IMG/VR virus record: IMGVR_UViG_3300027621_000003 | Coordinates: 1 to 64,000 of that record | DNA length: 64,000 nt | Reading direction: 5' to 3' (one strand) | Made by a program: the position numbers and the translations under genes | Shown here: positions 1 to 10,295 of the stretch, piece by piece | How positions within the stretch are numbered: position 1 is the first letter of the stretch | Layout of the letters: each line of letters opens with the position of its first letter | Notes under the pieces: generated by a model | Databases searched by the model: none | Seen by the model: only the letters and a program-made list of their open reading frames with translations | Told to the model about the DNA's origin: nothing

Positions 1-1387
1 CTGAAGAACCTGAGCTACCACTTGAACCTGATGAACCGCTTGTTCCGCTTTCTCCACTTGAACCTGATGTTCCTGAAGAACCTGAGCTACCACTTGAACC
101 TGATGTTCCGCTAGTTCCTGAAGAACCTGAGCTACCACTTGAACCTGATGTTCCTGAAGAACCTGAGCTACCACTTGAACCTGATGAACCGCTTGTTCCG
201 CTTTCTCCACTTGAACCTGATGTCCCACTAGTTCCTGAAGAACCACTTGAACCTGATGAACCGCTTGTTCCGCTTTCTCCACTTGAACCTGATGTTCCGC
301 TAGTTCCTGAAGAACCACTTGAACCTGATGTTCCGCTAGTTCCTGAAGAACCTGAGCTACCACTTGAACCTGAAGAACCTGATGTTCCGTCTATACCTGA
401 TGTTCCTGATGAACCTGATGAACCTGAAGAACCACTTGAACCTGAAGAACCTGATGTTCCTGAAGAACCACTTGAACCTGAAGAACCTGATGTTCCTGAA
501 GAACCACTTGAACCTGAAGAACCTGATGTTCCGCTAGTTCCTGATGAACCGCTTGAACCTGAAGAACCTGATGTTCCGTCTATACCTGATGTTCCTGAAG
601 AACCTGATGAACCACTTGAACCACTTGAACCACTTGAACCTGAAGAACCACTTGTTCCGCTTTCTCCACTTGTTCCTGAGGAACCTGAAGAACCGCTTGA
701 ACCTGATGTTCCGCTAGTTCCTGATTCTCCTGATGTTCCTGAAGAACCTGAAGAACCACTTGAACCACTTGAACCTGAAGAACCACTTGAACCACTTGAA
801 CCTGAAGAACCACTTGTTCCGCTTTCTCCACTTGTTCCTGAAGAACCTGATGAACCACTTGAACCACTTGTTCCGCTTTCTCCACTTGTTCCTGAAGAAC
901 CTGAAGAACCACTTGAACCACTTGAACCTGAAGAACCACTTGAACCTGAAGAACCACTTGTTCCGCTTTCTCCACTTGTTCCTGAAGAACCTGAAGAACC
1001 GCTTGAACCTGATGAACCACTTGAACCACTAGTTCCTGATTCTCCTGATGTTCCTGAAGAACCACTTGAACCACTTGAACCTGAAGAACCACTTGAACCA
1101 CTTGAACCTGAAGAACCACTTGTTCCGCTTTCTCCACTTGTTCCTGAAGAACCACTTGAACCACTTGAACCTGAAGAACCTGAAGAACCACTTGAACCTG
1201 ATGAACCACTTGTTCCTGAAGAACCACTTGAACCTGAAGAACCACTTGTTCCGCTTTCTCCACTTGTTCCTGAAGAACCGCTTGAACCTGAAGAACCGCT
1301 TGAACCTGAAGAACCGCTTGAACCATCTATACCAGAAATACCTGATGTTCCTGATGAACCTGAAGAACCACTTGAACCTGCAGTTCC
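1..1387 (-). repeat. 9-nt-period coding tandem repeat (about 150 Gly-X-Y triplets)
   Basis: Plus-strand units such as cctgaagaa, ccacttgaa, cctgatgtt and ccgctttct encode GSS/GTS/GES on the minus strand. Confidence 0.95.
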
Positions 1388-2248
1388 ACCCGTAAAATTA
1401 ATTATTACATTACCACTTCCGTTATTAACAACTGAAGCACCTGAAAAAGTCATTCCTGTAACGTTTGTTGCCGTTACACCTGACGTGGCATCATAAACTG
1501 TAAGTGGATTACCTCCTCCACCTGATGTGAATCCTGTAACAGCTACTGAAGTACCATCACTATTGTTTAAAGTAAGCGTGCCATTACCACTATTATATGT
1601 TCCACCTGTGACAGTACCAGTAAATCCTGTAATTGTAACAGTACCACCAGTACTATTAAATAAATCTAATTCTTGTGTTCCTGAAAAATAAGTTCCACCT
1701 GTAATTTGAACATCAGAACCATAAAATATTTGCCATCTAGCATCATTTTTTGTAACACCACTAACACCTTCAATTGTTGAACCAGTCCAAGCAGCAATGA
1801 AATCTCTACCTGCTTGTGAACGAGCATTTACGGTGGTAAAAGTAGATGATTGAGTTACTGCTGATGTACCTGTAAGTCCAGATAACGAATCCCATAAAGC
1901 TGTGTAATTGGGAATAGTATATTGATAAACTGTATCATTTTCTTGTACATGGACTTGCATACCTAATCTTCTTCTACCTGAAGATATATTATCAGAATTA
2001 AGAGTTAATTGAGTGAATGACAAACCAGTATTAGGTTGTACCGCAATAGCAATTGGAATTGTATTAGCGGATAACGCTTGAGACCCTGTACCACTAAATG
2101 TTAACTTTAAATTTTCAAGATAATAAACCTCCATATATCCCCCAACTTGAGAAACTGAAAAATTAGTTCCTTGCGTACTTGTTAATGACACACCTTGGGG
2201 TGCGGATAACGTGGAATTAGCTACGGGATTTTTATAAGGAAATGACAT
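1..2248 (-). CDS. Collagen-like (Gly-Ser-Ser/Gly-Thr-Ser) fibre protein, 3'-truncated by the window edge; not in the ORF track
   Basis: ATG at 2248 (MSFPYKNPVANSTLSAPQG...) reads in frame to the window edge. About 285 aa of Thr/Gly-rich N-terminal domain are followed by Gly-X-Y triplets (GSS, GTS, GES, GID). TATTTATA lies 5 nt upstream. Confidence 0.88.
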   Translation of the reverse strand, partial: MSFPYKNPVANSTLSAPQGVSLTSTQGTNFSVSQVGGYMEVYYLENLKLTFSGTGSQALSANTIPIAIAVQPNTGLSFTQLTLNSDNISSGRRRLGMQVHVQENDTVYQYTIPNYTALWDSLSGLTGTSAVTQSSTFTTVNARSQAGRDFIAAWTGSTIEGVSGVTKNDARWQIFYGSDVQITGGTYFSGTQELDLFNSTGGTVTITGFTGTVTGGTYNSGNGTLTLNNSDGTSVAVTGFTSGGGGNPLTVYDATSGVTATNVTGMTFSGASVVNNGSGNVIINFTGGTAGSSGSSGSSGTSGISGIDGSSGSSGSSGSSGSSGSSGTSGESGTSGSSGSSGSSGTSGSSGSSGSSGSSGSSGSSGSSGTSGESGTSGSSGSSGSSGSSGSSGSSGSSGTSGESGTSGSSGSSGSSGSSGSSGTSGESGTSGSSGSSGSSGSSGSSGSSGSSGTSGESGTSGSSGSSGSSGTSGESGTSGSSGSSGSSGSSGSSGSSGSSGSSGTSGESGTSGTSGSSGSSGSSGTSGESGTSGSSGSSGSSGSSGSSGSSGTSGIDGTSGSSGSSGSSGTSGTSGSSGSSGSSGTSGSSGSSGSSGTSGSSGSSGSSGSSGSSGTSGIDGTSGSSGSSGSSGSSGTSGTSGSSGSSGTSGTSGSSGESGTSGSSGSSGSSGTSGTSGSSGESGTSGSSGSSGSSGSSGTSGSSGSSGSSGTSGTSGSSGSSGSSGTSGSSGESGTSGSSGSSGSSGSS

Positions 2249-2253
2249 ATGAT

Positions 2254-2261
2254 TATAAATA
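2254..2261 (-). promoter_or_regulatory. TATTTATA putative late promoter
   Basis: One of 16 sense-strand TATTTATN copies before gene starts; 5 nt before ATG. Confidence 0.65.
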
Positions 2262-2289
2262 GATGATTATTTTGTTTAGTTAGTTTTGG

Positions 2290-4314
2290 TTATGTTTTTG
2301 ATGTTGCGTTATAATAATTTGAACCAGTTGCTACAGTCAATAGGAAGTTAGGTGTAACCCAAACAACTCTATAAGTTCCACTTGGAACCGCAGCTCCTGA
2401 AGTAACAGTAACGTTAAACGCATTTGTTGATGGCACTAAACTTGGTACTGCCGCCTGTACGTCATCTGCACTTGGTGATGTTCCAACATCCATAACATAA
2501 TTATTTAATGAGCCACCAATACCATCTAAAGGTAACCAAATTGAATAAAAATATGACAAAGTTGGATTTACAACACTAGATGAAACTTGGATGTTAGTAA
2601 ATAAATAATTAATTTGTGATATTGGTCCGCTTAAAGTAACAGGAGTTACGAAATCACTACCACCATTTACAAACGAAGGTTGGTGTGCGTAAATATTTAA
2701 ATCACCACTATAATTTCCTGCTCCATTATTCGGTGGTCCACCTACTGAAAAATAACTATACCATTCTTGAGCATTACTTGCTGTGGCGTAAGCTAATAAA
2801 GTTGCATCAGCTCCACTAGTTTGTGGTTCAGCAAATATGTAAGCCCTAAATGCCGCGCCAGAAGGTGTTGGAGTAGGTGTTTTCGTTGGAGTTAATGTAT
2901 TAGTTGGAGTTAATGTATTAGTTGGAGTTAATGTATTAGTTGGTGTTTGTGTAACTGTTGGTGTATTAGTCGGTGTTTCAGTCAATGTTGGTGTATTAGT
3001 ATTTGTTGGAGTATTAGTTACCGTTGGTGTTTGTGTTGGTGTTAAAGTATTTGTAGGTGTAACAGTGTTTGTCGGAGTAAGTGTATTAGTTGGCGTATTA
3101 GTTGGTGTCTGAGTTACCGTTGGCGTATTTGTTGGTGTTTCAGTAGGTGTTTGAGAAGGTGTTTTAGTCACCGTTGCTGTTACACTTGGTGTTACTGTAT
3201 TAGTTGGTGTCTGAGTTACCGTTGGTGTAACTGTCTTTGTCGGTGTTACACTTGGTGTTACAGTTTTAGTAGGTGTAATTGTGTTAGTTGGTGTAATTGT
3301 ATTGGTTGGTGTAAGCGTATTTGTTGGAGTAAGTGTATTTGTTGGTGTTAATGTTGGTGTAGGTGTCTTAGTATTTGTTGGTGTTACAGTCTGAGTTGGC
3401 GTTTCAGTATTTGTTGGTGTTAAAGTATTTGTTGGTGTTACAGTCTGAGTTGGCGTTTCAGTATTTGTTGGTGTTACTGTTGGAGTTGGTGTATTAGTAG
3501 GTGTTTCAGTATTTGTTGGTGTTAAAGTATTTGTTGGTGTTACAGTCTGAGTTGGCGTTTCAGTATTTGTTGGTGTTACTGTTGGAGTTGGTGTATTAGT
3601 AGGTGTTTCAGTATTTGTTGGTGTTACTGTCTGAGTTGGCGTTTCAGTATTTGTTGGTGTTACTGTCTGAGTTGGCGTTTCAGTATTTGTAGGTGTTACT
3701 GTCTGAGTCGGAGTAAGTGTATTAGTAGGTGTTACTGTCTGAGTTGGCGTTTCAGTATTTGTTGGTGTTACTGTAGGTGTTGATGTTTGAGAAGTTGTTG
3801 GTGTTACTGTAGGTGTTGATGTTGTTGTAACACTTGGTGTAACCGTAGGTGTTACTGTAGGTGTTGATGTTGTTGTAACACTTGGTGTAACCGTAGGTGT
3901 TAAAGTTTCAGTATTAGTTGGTGTTACTGTAGGTGTTGGAGATGGTGTTGTTGGAGCACCTGCGTTAGTGGTGGTTGGTGTTGGTGTTAATGTTGGTGTT
4001 AAAGTGTTGGTTGGCGTTAATGTTGGTGTTGGTGTAACTGTTCGTGTTGGCGTTGGTGTTAATCCTGAACAAGCCGCAGGGTCTGAAAGTATAATTTCAA
4101 CACCATTATACATGTCAGTCCTTGAAGCACCTGTATAAACTGCCGTTGTTCCTGTTGTTCCTGTGTAAATATCAAAAGGACCTACAGCATTATTTACACC
4201 ATCAAATCTTATAATAACACTTTGAGAGCACGCAGTAACTGAGTATTGTGACGAGACAGGGTTATCACAACCGCTTGCCGTATTTACTACAATAATTTCA
4301 TAATTTACCGCCAT
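2290..4314 (-). CDS. Mucin-like Thr-Pro repeat virion/appendage protein
   Basis: 674 aa; about 400 aa of TPT(N/Q/V)T repeats between small globular ends; structural-gene context; TATTTATA at 4333-4340. Confidence 0.8.
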   Translation of the reverse strand: MAVNYEIIVVNTASGCDNPVSSQYSVTACSQSVIIRFDGVNNAVGPFDIYTGTTGTTAVYTGASRTDMYNGVEIILSDPAACSGLTPTPTRTVTPTPTLTPTNTLTPTLTPTPTTTNAGAPTTPSPTPTVTPTNTETLTPTVTPSVTTTSTPTVTPTVTPSVTTTSTPTVTPTTSQTSTPTVTPTNTETPTQTVTPTNTLTPTQTVTPTNTETPTQTVTPTNTETPTQTVTPTNTETPTNTPTPTVTPTNTETPTQTVTPTNTLTPTNTETPTNTPTPTVTPTNTETPTQTVTPTNTLTPTNTETPTQTVTPTNTKTPTPTLTPTNTLTPTNTLTPTNTITPTNTITPTKTVTPSVTPTKTVTPTVTQTPTNTVTPSVTATVTKTPSQTPTETPTNTPTVTQTPTNTPTNTLTPTNTVTPTNTLTPTQTPTVTNTPTNTNTPTLTETPTNTPTVTQTPTNTLTPTNTLTPTNTLTPTKTPTPTPSGAAFRAYIFAEPQTSGADATLLAYATASNAQEWYSYFSVGGPPNNGAGNYSGDLNIYAHQPSFVNGGSDFVTPVTLSGPISQINYLFTNIQVSSSVVNPTLSYFYSIWLPLDGIGGSLNNYVMDVGTSPSADDVQAAVPSLVPSTNAFNVTVTSGAAVPSGTYRVVWVTPNFLLTVATGSNYYNATSKT
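2860..4062 (-). repeat. Thr-Pro coding repeat ([12 protein letters not shown]-type units)
   Basis: Near-identical 18/36-nt units such as tcagtatttgttggtgttac. Confidence 0.9.
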
Positions 4315-4396
4315 CTAATTTTTGATTTCCTATATAAATACAAAGACATTATAGTTTTTAAATGAAACTTTAAATAATTTAAAATAAAAGTTAAAA

Positions 4397-4708
4397 TTAA
4401 ATAGTAAAATCACAACTTGGAGGTTCAAGAATAATATTATAAATACAATCTGAAGCAACCACTTGAATTGTAAATCCGCAACCATATCTACACTCAAGAA
4501 TTTTAAATTTTGAACATCCATTAGCATCAGTTATTTTTAACATGATTGCCGGTGCGTTATCAAATAATGTAGGAAGATAAAAATTTTCAACAGGTGGAAC
4601 CGCTCCTCCAATTGTTCCAACAAAGTATTCGTTATTACCATAAACATCAGAAACATACACCTGATATGGTGATGTACCTGTTATTGATATGATTTCTATC
4701 ATTGCCAT
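4397..4708 (-). CDS. Small beta-rich structural protein (SprB-repeat-like)
   Basis: 103 aa; ITGTSPY...ITDANGC resembles one repeat unit of the adjacent SprB-repeat gene, which ends 1 nt away. Confidence 0.65.
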   Translation of the reverse strand: MAMIEIISITGTSPYQVYVSDVYGNNEYFVGTIGGAVPPVENFYLPTLFDNAPAIMLKITDANGCSKFKILECRYGCGFTIQVVASDCIYNIILEPPSCDFTI

Positions 4709-4709
4709 T

Positions 4710-7310
4710 TTAACTCACACAATTAATATCGTATTGGATTATTAGGTCAATTATAATTTGTTGGTTTGCCAATTCACCTTCTGTGGCTATTGTTACAACA
4801 CTTGATACCGTATCTATTGTAACACTACTAACACCTGGTATTGACAATAAAATTGTTTCAACCGCATCATACCATTGTTGATTGGTTGGAATGTCTAATA
4901 ATGTTGTACCCGTATAAAAAGAATCGGTATATGTTACACCACTAACTTCCACTTGAGCAACAAAAGTTGCCGCACTTAATAAACAATTGGTGTGACCAGA
5001 TATAATATCATAATAGCCTTCATTTAACATTTGAAGAATACCTCGTTCAGTCCCTGAAGTATATTGAAATTCTCTTTCACACATTGTGTAAATTTGATAT
5101 GTTGATTCAATTGCTGTACAACTTATAATTGTACTTCTTGCTTGAACACATCCATTATCATCAACTATTGTTAAACTATATGTTCCACCCGTAAGACCTG
5201 TTACAGTTATATTTGGTGGATTACCACTAACATTATCAGACCAAGTAAATGTAAATGGTGGTGTACCTGAACTAATCAATGCCGTGATTGTACCACCTGA
5301 ACCAGTTCCACAACCTGTTGGGTATAAAGAATATTGTAATGGTGTACCGTATGATACCGTAACATTTCCTGATTGAACACAACCTGTTGTATCAGTCACC
5401 GTATAACCATAAGTACCAGTTCCTAATTCACCAAACGTTGCAGCACTAAAACTAGTGTTAACGGACTGACCTGTACTTAATTGATAGGTATATGGTGCGG
5501 TACCACCTGTTGATAATGTAAGTGTAACACTACCATTATTTAAATTACAAGTTGAACCTGAACTTGATGTTGTTACACTATAAAGATTTTCGGCTATGAT
5601 GGTTATTTCTTGTTCATATAAACAACCACTACTATCAGAAACATAAACTGTATAAGTTCCACTTTCCAAATTAACGAACTCATAAGCAGTTGAATTTGAA
5701 ACCGCATTAACTGTTGATGAATCAGGATAAACTAATGTATATGTATATGGAATTTCACCACCGTCTAATGTAATTGATATTTTACCATCACTACTACCAC
5801 AAGTAGAGTTAGTTTGAGTAACAGATAAACTATTAAATGTATTTGGCGTTTGTAAAACTGTTGAAAATGTCGCTTTACATAAAGCTGCGTCAGTAATATC
5901 TACTGAGAATGGTCCTGCCGATAATCCCGAAAAAACATATGATGTTGCATAAGTAATCGCAACGGTACCATTTGAACCTGAATAATAATAAGGCCCAGTT
6001 CCACCAGTTATAGTCAATGTAAGTGAACCATCAGCAACAAAACAAGAAGGTGTAACCGCAGTCCATGAACCTAACCCAATACTTGGGACATAATCTACTG
6101 TAGCCACTTGTGATAATACACAACCATCTGATGATGTTACTGTAACTTCGTAACCACCAGCTGTAAGACCTGTAATAGTATCTCCTGTAATACCATCAGA
6201 CCATTCATAAGTAAACGGAGCGTTACCCGTAACTCCAGTAACATACACTTTTCCTGTTGGACTAGCACATTCGGTGTCATTTACAATATAAAATCCGTAA
6301 TCAAGCGTATTTGATGAATATATTATACAAGTCTCAGAAGTTCCTGAACAACCAGCACAGTCAACTGCTGTTACTGAATAAGTTCCAGCCGATAAATTAT
6401 TAAACGTCCCAATATTTGTTGAGGTTGTTTGTGAATCAGCAAATCCATAAGCAGAATATAAATAATAGTTAATAATATTACAACTTGATGTTGCTGTTAC
6501 CGTCAATGAACCATTATTTAAACCACATGTTGTTGCAACTTCAGTTTGAAATCCAATTGTCAACCCTGAACCAATAACAACGTTAATATAAAATTCGTTA
6601 TTTGTAGGTGCTGTCGAGTCATTTGCTCTAACATAGTAAGTTCCTGCAGGTAAATTTGTTTTGTAGTCACCGGTGCCTAAGTTTGGATTATACCAATCAA
6701 ATGTATAAGGTGGTGTTCCTCCACTAGCGGTAATTAATGCCGAACCCAATCCTGTTTCACAAGCACCTGTAACTGTTAAAGTATATGCAAATGTATTACC
6801 ATTGTTATATGGTGATGATGTTGGTGTTGGAGTTAGTGGAGGTTCCGTTGGCGTAATTGTTGGTGTTATAGTCGGAGTTTGTGTAATTGTTGGTGTTACA
6901 GTCGGAGTTCGTGTAATTGTAGGCGTTTGTGTTAAAGTATTTGTTGGTGTTACAGTCGGAGTTGACGTAATTGTAGGCGTTTGTGTTACACTTGGTGTTT
7001 GTGTCGGTGTATGATTTGGGGTTCTTGTTGGAAATGGTGTTAAAGTAAGTGATGGTGTTGGTTCTGGTTCACAAGGAGGTAATAATAATCCTCCATAATT
7101 TATATATCCTGTTCCACCATCTTCAATATAAACATCGTCACTTGTTGCATAAGAACCACTTGCTTGACAACCACAAACACTATAAAATTGACCAGCACCA
7201 AATAAATTACTTAATAATGTGGTACCATCAGTACAATCATAATAATAAAATGTTTGGTCACTGTCCGATTCATTCCAAACCATCCATCTAATACAAGTAC
7301 TACAAGCCAT
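4710..7310 (-). CDS. SprB-repeat adhesin-like virion protein with Pro-Thr linker
   Basis: About 7 repeats of C-x3-4-G-S-(I/L)-T-(L/V)...GGTxPY(T)Y...GL-x-AG-x-Y-x-V-T-V-T-D-x2-GC, the SprB repeat pattern; Pro/Thr stalk at about residues 82-166. Confidence 0.8.
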   Translation of the reverse strand: MACSTCIRWMVWNESDSDQTFYYYDCTDGTTLLSNLFGAGQFYSVCGCQASGSYATSDDVYIEDGGTGYINYGGLLLPPCEPEPTPSLTLTPFPTRTPNHTPTQTPSVTQTPTITSTPTVTPTNTLTQTPTITRTPTVTPTITQTPTITPTITPTEPPLTPTPTSSPYNNGNTFAYTLTVTGACETGLGSALITASGGTPPYTFDWYNPNLGTGDYKTNLPAGTYYVRANDSTAPTNNEFYINVVIGSGLTIGFQTEVATTCGLNNGSLTVTATSSCNIINYYLYSAYGFADSQTTSTNIGTFNNLSAGTYSVTAVDCAGCSGTSETCIIYSSNTLDYGFYIVNDTECASPTGKVYVTGVTGNAPFTYEWSDGITGDTITGLTAGGYEVTVTSSDGCVLSQVATVDYVPSIGLGSWTAVTPSCFVADGSLTLTITGGTGPYYYSGSNGTVAITYATSYVFSGLSAGPFSVDITDAALCKATFSTVLQTPNTFNSLSVTQTNSTCGSSDGKISITLDGGEIPYTYTLVYPDSSTVNAVSNSTAYEFVNLESGTYTVYVSDSSGCLYEQEITIIAENLYSVTTSSSGSTCNLNNGSVTLTLSTGGTAPYTYQLSTGQSVNTSFSAATFGELGTGTYGYTVTDTTGCVQSGNVTVSYGTPLQYSLYPTGCGTGSGGTITALISSGTPPFTFTWSDNVSGNPPNITVTGLTGGTYSLTIVDDNGCVQARSTIISCTAIESTYQIYTMCEREFQYTSGTERGILQMLNEGYYDIISGHTNCLLSAATFVAQVEVSGVTYTDSFYTGTTLLDIPTNQQWYDAVETILLSIPGVSSVTIDTVSSVVTIATEGELANQQIIIDLIIQYDINCVS

Positions 7311-7337
7311 AACTATTAAATATTATTATAAGGTAGT

Positions 7338-10295
7338 TTACTGACAACTAATGTCTATATTAACCCCCACGTTTATTTGTAAAGTAATTGGTTCTGAACT
7401 TGAAGCACATGTCAAGTTATATATTGTAACCTCATTACCGTTCACATAAAAGAAATAACCATAATTAACTAATTGTTGTAGATTTAAAATAAGCGCTGTC
7501 TTCCATTGGTTATTTGTTGGAACTTGTCCTGTTCCATAACCATCAAAAAATTTATTTTGTATTACAGTTGCCCCATCAATCTTAACATCAACATACCATT
7601 GTGAATACAATGAGTTTGCGTTACAATCTGAAAGTAGATAACCTTGTGTGTCTAAGTAATTGTATAATACGTTATATAGAATTTGTGAGAATGATGTAAC
7701 ATCACCAGGGTTTGCACCAATCCAAGGATATATTGAACATGTTGCACTTTGTTTGGTGCAATCAAAAGAAAATAATTGACTTGTTGCCAAACATGGGTCA
7801 TTTTCAATTGGTACTAATTGACAACCTCTTTGTCTTCTATAAACATATTTTTGTCTTTGTAATGCTGAGTTTTCTAAACGGGTACCAGTATTCCATATTG
7901 TAGATGCTGGAATCATTTGTTGTGTTAATCTAATCCAATATGGACCAAGACCATCAACATATTCAATTAATTTTTGATATGTAAAATCATCATTTGGAAT
8001 TCCAACATTTTGTTCAGAAAGAAGGTAATTGTAAAAAATATTTAATAGTGTTGGATATCCACCAGTTTTACCATCTGTTGAATACCACCTGTCTCTGATA
8101 TTAATTGTATTGTTAACAAATGTTTGAGCGAATTCAAAGAATGTTTTTTTGTTTGCTTCAGGATTAATATATGTCCAATCATAAGTTTCCAAACTTGGGT
8201 ATGGCGATGTCATTCCTGAATTAGGAATTGGGTAATTATAATTCTTGGACATTGACCAAACATTATAAAGGATACCTTGACCAGGGTTCATAAACAAATC
8301 AACATTCTTGGCATTAAGAACTAATTTGTCATCTGAAACTACATAATATGCATTATACCCTGATTCAACACTAACTCTGAATGTTGGTGGTTGCCAACTT
8401 TTTTTATTGTCAGGTACAAGTTTTAAGTTATAACCCAAATTCATATATGGGAAATTCCTGAATCTATCAAAATATTCTTGTCCGTAAGTAAAAGGCTGTA
8501 ATGTTGTTTGAACATTTGGGCTATTGCCAGTAAAAACTGAAGTGGTTTGATTTACAATTTGTGGACTTCTGTGTTGTGGTGTTGATTCAAACCATCCTGC
8601 ACCTTTTTCAAAATAATAATCTGATGTTTCAATTGGTGCTCTTGGATATCCAAATTCATCAACTGGATAATCATCAATTGTTTCACCCACAAAAAAAGTT
8701 TGTGTTGATGATGTAAATGCGGTATATGTTTGACCGTAAATTGAAAATGTATTACCAGTTGCTAATGCTGTTGTATTTTCAATATATGTACCACCTGTAA
8801 TTTGAGCATATTGTTCACCAAATTGTCTCATATTAATTCTTTGGTCAGCAACATAAACGTGTTCATTAAATTCAACCAACGCTTCAGGAGCTCCAACCAA
8901 TCTTAATGTAAATTCAACTGAACGTCTTGTACCTTTAGATTTAAAAAGATATGCCGAGTTTAATATTAAGTTTCTATAAAATTGATAATTTAATTCTGAT
9001 GGTGTAAGTTCTCTTGAAAAACCAGCGTATTGTGTAACACCTGTTGACGAGTATACTGAATCTAAAAAGTTTTCATTCGTAATTGGTGATATGTTTGTAC
9101 TCCATCCTAATGTCTGTGCTAAATTTTTCAATAACATTGATGGTATGTCATTACCTGGAGTATAGTTAACCGAATTCATGTATGCCAACGCATCAATGAA
9201 TTGTTTTATTTGGTCAAAACTTCTTCCATATATTTGTAATACTTTAGCAACTCTATGGTCTGGCGTGTCAAATTCTAAAAATGATTCTGTTGTTAAAAAA
9301 CGGGTAATTAAGTTTGTTTTGAATGAATCAAAATTAATCGCAATTTCATTTAACTTCTCAAGATAAGTTGTAAATAATGGAGTTCTAATATCTAAATTCC
9401 AAAGACCATCTTTAGGCCAAGTCAATGTAGATGTTTGTATTGATACAACACCTGAGTCAGTTTCAACAGGAACATTAAATGTTGCTGTAAATGGTGGTGT
9501 CGCTAATCTATTTAACAAGAACTTTTCAACCTCATCAAAATCTTCCGAAAATCCTTTTTCGGTGTAATATGTGTTTGGTTTAATATAAATTGAATCTACC
9601 GTTGATGAAGCACCACTAAATGGTTGTCCTGTAACAATAAATTTAAGATTACCAGAATATAAACTTGTTGTTGGGTCTAAATCAATAATTGGATATTCAT
9701 TACCATTAACAAACAAACTATAATCTCGGTATCTATTTGTTAAATCCCTAATAGGTGAAAATATTTGTTCTCTGTTTTGAAGATTAATTATAGAATTAAC
9801 TGAGTAATCAATGTTGAATGGATTTTTAATCCTTGCGACATCAATTGTAAATTCAGTTTCATTTGGGACTGAACTATATATAATATTCTCAGCGGTTAAT
9901 CCTGATGTAAAATCATAATAGATTGCATCAACTTCAATTGCCGCAGGAAAAAAGTTTAATATTTTTTGTATTGATACTTCAAATCTTTTTTGTAACGAAC
10001 CAAATATTGTAAAATTAGTTACAACTGATAAATCATAATTTGGATAAACTCTATATTCTTTCGCTAACAACTCCCTTGAAGCGTTTATTGAATCTAAATC
10101 TAAATTTTCTAATGATACTGGATTTTGAAACGTTCCAATATTAAATGTTCTATTTGTTTTTTCTGAAAGTCCTAAATCAAACTCAAAATTACCTTGTGTT
10201 AATCCACCACCTTGCACAGTTTGTAACCCTACGATATTATCAAAGGGAGTTCCGGCTCCTGAAGCCGCTGTGTTAGGTATGAACGTTTTAGCCAT
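7338..10295 (-). CDS. Baseplate wedge protein (T4 gp7 / P2 gpI-like)
   Basis: LKNLAQTLGW...YLFKSKGTRRSVEFTLRLVG matches the gpI/gp7 KGT motif; baseplate context. Confidence 0.65.
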   Translation of the reverse strand: MAKTFIPNTAASGAGTPFDNIVGLQTVQGGGLTQGNFEFDLGLSEKTNRTFNIGTFQNPVSLENLDLDSINASRELLAKEYRVYPNYDLSVVTNFTIFGSLQKRFEVSIQKILNFFPAAIEVDAIYYDFTSGLTAENIIYSSVPNETEFTIDVARIKNPFNIDYSVNSIINLQNREQIFSPIRDLTNRYRDYSLFVNGNEYPIIDLDPTTSLYSGNLKFIVTGQPFSGASSTVDSIYIKPNTYYTEKGFSEDFDEVEKFLLNRLATPPFTATFNVPVETDSGVVSIQTSTLTWPKDGLWNLDIRTPLFTTYLEKLNEIAINFDSFKTNLITRFLTTESFLEFDTPDHRVAKVLQIYGRSFDQIKQFIDALAYMNSVNYTPGNDIPSMLLKNLAQTLGWSTNISPITNENFLDSVYSSTGVTQYAGFSRELTPSELNYQFYRNLILNSAYLFKSKGTRRSVEFTLRLVGAPEALVEFNEHVYVADQRINMRQFGEQYAQITGGTYIENTTALATGNTFSIYGQTYTAFTSSTQTFFVGETIDDYPVDEFGYPRAPIETSDYYFEKGAGWFESTPQHRSPQIVNQTTSVFTGNSPNVQTTLQPFTYGQEYFDRFRNFPYMNLGYNLKLVPDNKKSWQPPTFRVSVESGYNAYYVVSDDKLVLNAKNVDLFMNPGQGILYNVWSMSKNYNYPIPNSGMTSPYPSLETYDWTYINPEANKKTFFEFAQTFVNNTINIRDRWYSTDGKTGGYPTLLNIFYNYLLSEQNVGIPNDDFTYQKLIEYVDGLGPYWIRLTQQMIPASTIWNTGTRLENSALQRQKYVYRRQRGCQLVPIENDPCLATSQLFSFDCTKQSATCSIYPWIGANPGDVTSFSQILYNVLYNYLDTQGYLLSDCNANSLYSQWYVDVKIDGATVIQNKFFDGYGTGQVPTNNQWKTALILNLQQLVNYGYFFYVNGNEVTIYNLTCASSSEPITLQINVGVNIDISCQ

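Noticed and set aside
580-1395. Track ORFs 580-1326 (-), 733-1032 (+) and 1048-1395 (+) with VQV/LNH repeats
   Set aside because: Shadow frames of the 9-nt Gly-Ser-Ser repeat; the real gene is the 2248-to-edge frame.
1-4062. Repeats as a CRISPR array or origin iterons
   Set aside because: No unique spacers; periodicity is a multiple of 3 and lies within open coding frames.
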